From Harriotta raleighana (lineage: Eukaryota), in the NCBI GenBank assembly GCA_050575255.1, contig JBNZDD010013611.1, forward strand, positions 1,949,479 through 2,013,478: a stretch of 64,000 nucleotides of DNA, read 5' to 3'. This document shows positions 61,236 to 64,000 of this stretch, one piece after another. The notes beneath the pieces were generated by a model, which was not told the origin of the DNA, ran no database searches, and saw only the letters and a list, made by a program, of their open reading frames with translations. Numbering within the stretch: position 1 is the stretch's first letter; each line of letters starts with the position of its first letter. A program made the translations under genes and the position numbers.

Positions 61236-63429
61236 AATTTATTGTGAAATTAGTTCACAATAAAAGTTGGGTTTGAATTGTGGGTGTGGAAAGTTTGAAC
61301 ACTGTATTTATTTTGAGGCGGGGAAAGGCAAAGAAAAATGCTGGATAGCAATATTGGGTCAAAATAAGGGAATGGAGTAAGTTGTTGAGGGAAGTCAATG
61401 TACTGTACCTACAAAAACAGTCACTACACTACAGTACACTACGCTAATTACTGTAACAGCATTTTTGAGATGATAAAGTACTCAAAAAAATCTAAAATAC
61501 TAAATACAAACGATTACATAAAAGGCAGATTTCACTCCTGTCCTTTTTTCCCGAGATTATATATAACATACATTTTGTTTGGTTTGTTTTGTTCATACGT
61601 AAAATATGGTTTGTTTACATGTGAACAACCTAAAAGTTCAGAGTTTACAAAACGCCACTTGCCAATATCAAACTAAAATGACACAAAGTTTTGATTCGAC
61701 TTTCAGACAGCTGAAAATACAAGGCGACCTTTGCCTGGAGGCAAATGTCTTTTTTGTGAGGCTTCATAAGTAAAGTCAGTGCGTGTCTCAGTGGGTGCCT
61801 ATTTCTTGACAGCCTATTCTTACGTCCAAATGATACAATTTAATTACCAAATAAACAGTTATTAACTTTTCTTCCTTTCCTTCCCTAAGAGAAGTTTTCA
61901 GCATTTCAGTACAAACCAATGTTACATTGTAAGCATCTCGTGCATCATGTGATTTTACAACATTGGGAAGAAAATACAGTAACTCTCACAAAACTCAACT
62001 TTAACCCATCAATGCCACAGCTGAATTCTCTCCCCTGGGTCTAAACGCGTGCAAAATAACTATCTGGGAGGGAATTATAAGGCAGTAATTGAGCACCTGT
62101 TGTTTTAATCACTGTATTAAAAGAAACAAAGCTTTAGTCCCTTAGATTGTGACACAATCAGCATCCCTCAATTCAATTACTGTATTGATAATAGGTTCAT
62201 GGGTGTATATTGTTCTATATATAAAACGAGTGAGCAAAGCTCAGAATGCTAACATTGCATTTTAGCCATTAAGGCTAGCTCCACTCTTTCATAATAAGTG
62301 CTATATACACTCCATTCCTGTAGAGTCCTGAAAACATGATTATATACTATCATTCAGCAGGATTATTCATCAGAACAAACAAAATGTATGTGATTACACT
62401 CCATCTCCCACGTCAATTTGTCACATGTGCTGTATGTGAATGAGTAATGAATGGCTCAACATCAAAATAGCACGATAATTAGTGAACGCTAACAATGCCC
62501 CAAAACTTTAACAAAAGTACACTAGATAATGTAGATAAATGGAAAGTTGAGGCAATAATTTAATCCTAAAGTATGGAAATATTTAGAAACAGCAGTGCAA
62601 AGGCACTGATAATATTAATGTTAAAGTTTTTGATGATTCAATAGTTTGATGATGGAAAGTCAATTTAAAACAAAAATTTTTTCACTATGTATAAATCAAA
62701 TATGTGACTTGTATTGGAAAGAAACGTTATTGAAGATCTAACCTACTTAGGTTATGTGTTTATGTTGTCGAGTTATTTAATATTAACACATAAGTAAAAG
62801 CTTAGCTATTTTGGGTCAAGGAGAGGTCTGCTAGTTTTCCAAATATACCATCATTGGATGCTGTGTTTCGCCCACAAAACATACAGTCACTACACTTTAC
62901 AGTATACTCTGTGAAGTGCTTTGAGACATCTATACGACTGTATCAAATGCAAGGATTATTATTACATTAATATAATTATTATTCCCTCTCCTATGGTTTT
63001 ATGTTAGGTTTCTCTGTACATAGGCCACAATAACTCAGCAGGAAAACAACTGCAGTGTTTTCATACTCTGTTGGTGTGCTCTAAGATGCATAAGTAAAAT
63101 AGTGTTAATATTGTTACTATTAATCTTTGCTGTTCTCTTTGCTGATTTTACATTCAGTTTTTACAAGTTCACGTAAGACCGAAAGAGAGCTTCGCACAAA
63201 GAGGTTCTTCAGCCCATTTGATTTCATCCTTCAAGAATATCCAACATCTAAATAAGTATTGCTTGGTGGTTAAGGTCAATGAAGTTTGCAGTTTATCTCC
63301 AAAGCAATGGCTTTGAGGAAGTTCCAAAGTTTTACTGTACACAAGGAACTAATTTAAATAGTGTAATGAAATCTTCCAGATTCTCCCTCAAATCTGCTTA
63401 TCAACTAAAAAGGTTTCTTTGGGGTTTGG

Positions 63430-63830
63430 ATTGTTGTGGATCAGGTGGATGTTCATGATCCCTTGGTGTTATTTGAGAAGAGAAGGGAATTTTCCTGGTG
63501 TCCTGGCTCACAACCCGGAGATAAAATTGGTCATTCTCTTTTTGGCTGTTTGTTGGAGATCGCATACAAATACACGGTTTTTACATTTCACCCTAAAAGC
63601 ATTATGAAACTCATGGAGATGTCTTTCAACGACATAAGGCGCTGTATCAAATACAAGGATTGTTTATTATATAATAAAGTTAAATTGGTAATTCACTTTG
63701 TGGCTATTTGTAAGACATGATACATTTGGCTGCTGTGCTCACCTACAGTGATTACGTTTACTAAAAACCCCACCAAAAGCTTTGAGATGGTTTGGCATGA
63801 TATGGCCCTATATCCAATGCAAGGATTATT
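63430..63830 (+). mobile_element. Deu-SINE body with two consecutive SINE tails
   Basis: caggtggatgttcatgatcccttgg...tgtcctggc; two caaggat tails. Confidence 0.6.
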
Positions 63831-64000
63831 TATAATCAAAATCAATGGAATAGAGAATGGAAGACAAATTGTTAATTGCAATTTTTTAGATCAGATTTTG
63901 TTTAAAACAAAACAGGATATTGATGAAAGACCCCCTTTTTAGGTGCGATCAACCTTATATGAGAGATACCGAGATGACATTATAAAATTGAAGAGAATTG

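Larger units (their letters stand above)
48116..64000 (-). other. MICU2: MICU2 upstream intron (partial; first exon not in window)
   Basis: No CpG island and no exon encoding a mitochondrial targeting sequence seen upstream of 48115. Confidence 0.7.

Overview
Eukaryotic (vertebrate) genomic DNA. The repeat content (abundant tRNA-derived SINEs with L2-type 3' tails, Deu-domain SINEs, L2 and CR1 LINE fragments) points to a cartilaginous fish, probably a holocephalan such as the elephant shark (inference). The whole window lies inside a minus-strand MICU2 (mitochondrial calcium uptake 2) gene. Two coding exons are visible: 47965-48115 (151 bp) and 579-610 (32 bp). They are separated by a 47.35-kb intron, and the first coding exon appears to lie beyond position 64000. 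The introns are filled with SINEs, 5'-truncated L2/CR1 copies, Tigger/pogo-like and hAT-like MITEs (several nested), and N-flanked duplications that look like assembly artefacts. The most unusual element is a ~1.25-kb decayed reading frame at ~31.7-33.0 kb with the layout of a class I viral fusion/env glycoprotein. Other leads are candidate poison exons and motif-dense, repeat-free blocks that may be developmental enhancers (MICU2 neighbours FGF9 in human). No prokaryotic system, CRISPR array, rRNA or genuine tRNA gene is supported. Repeat boundaries were judged by eye and are approximate.
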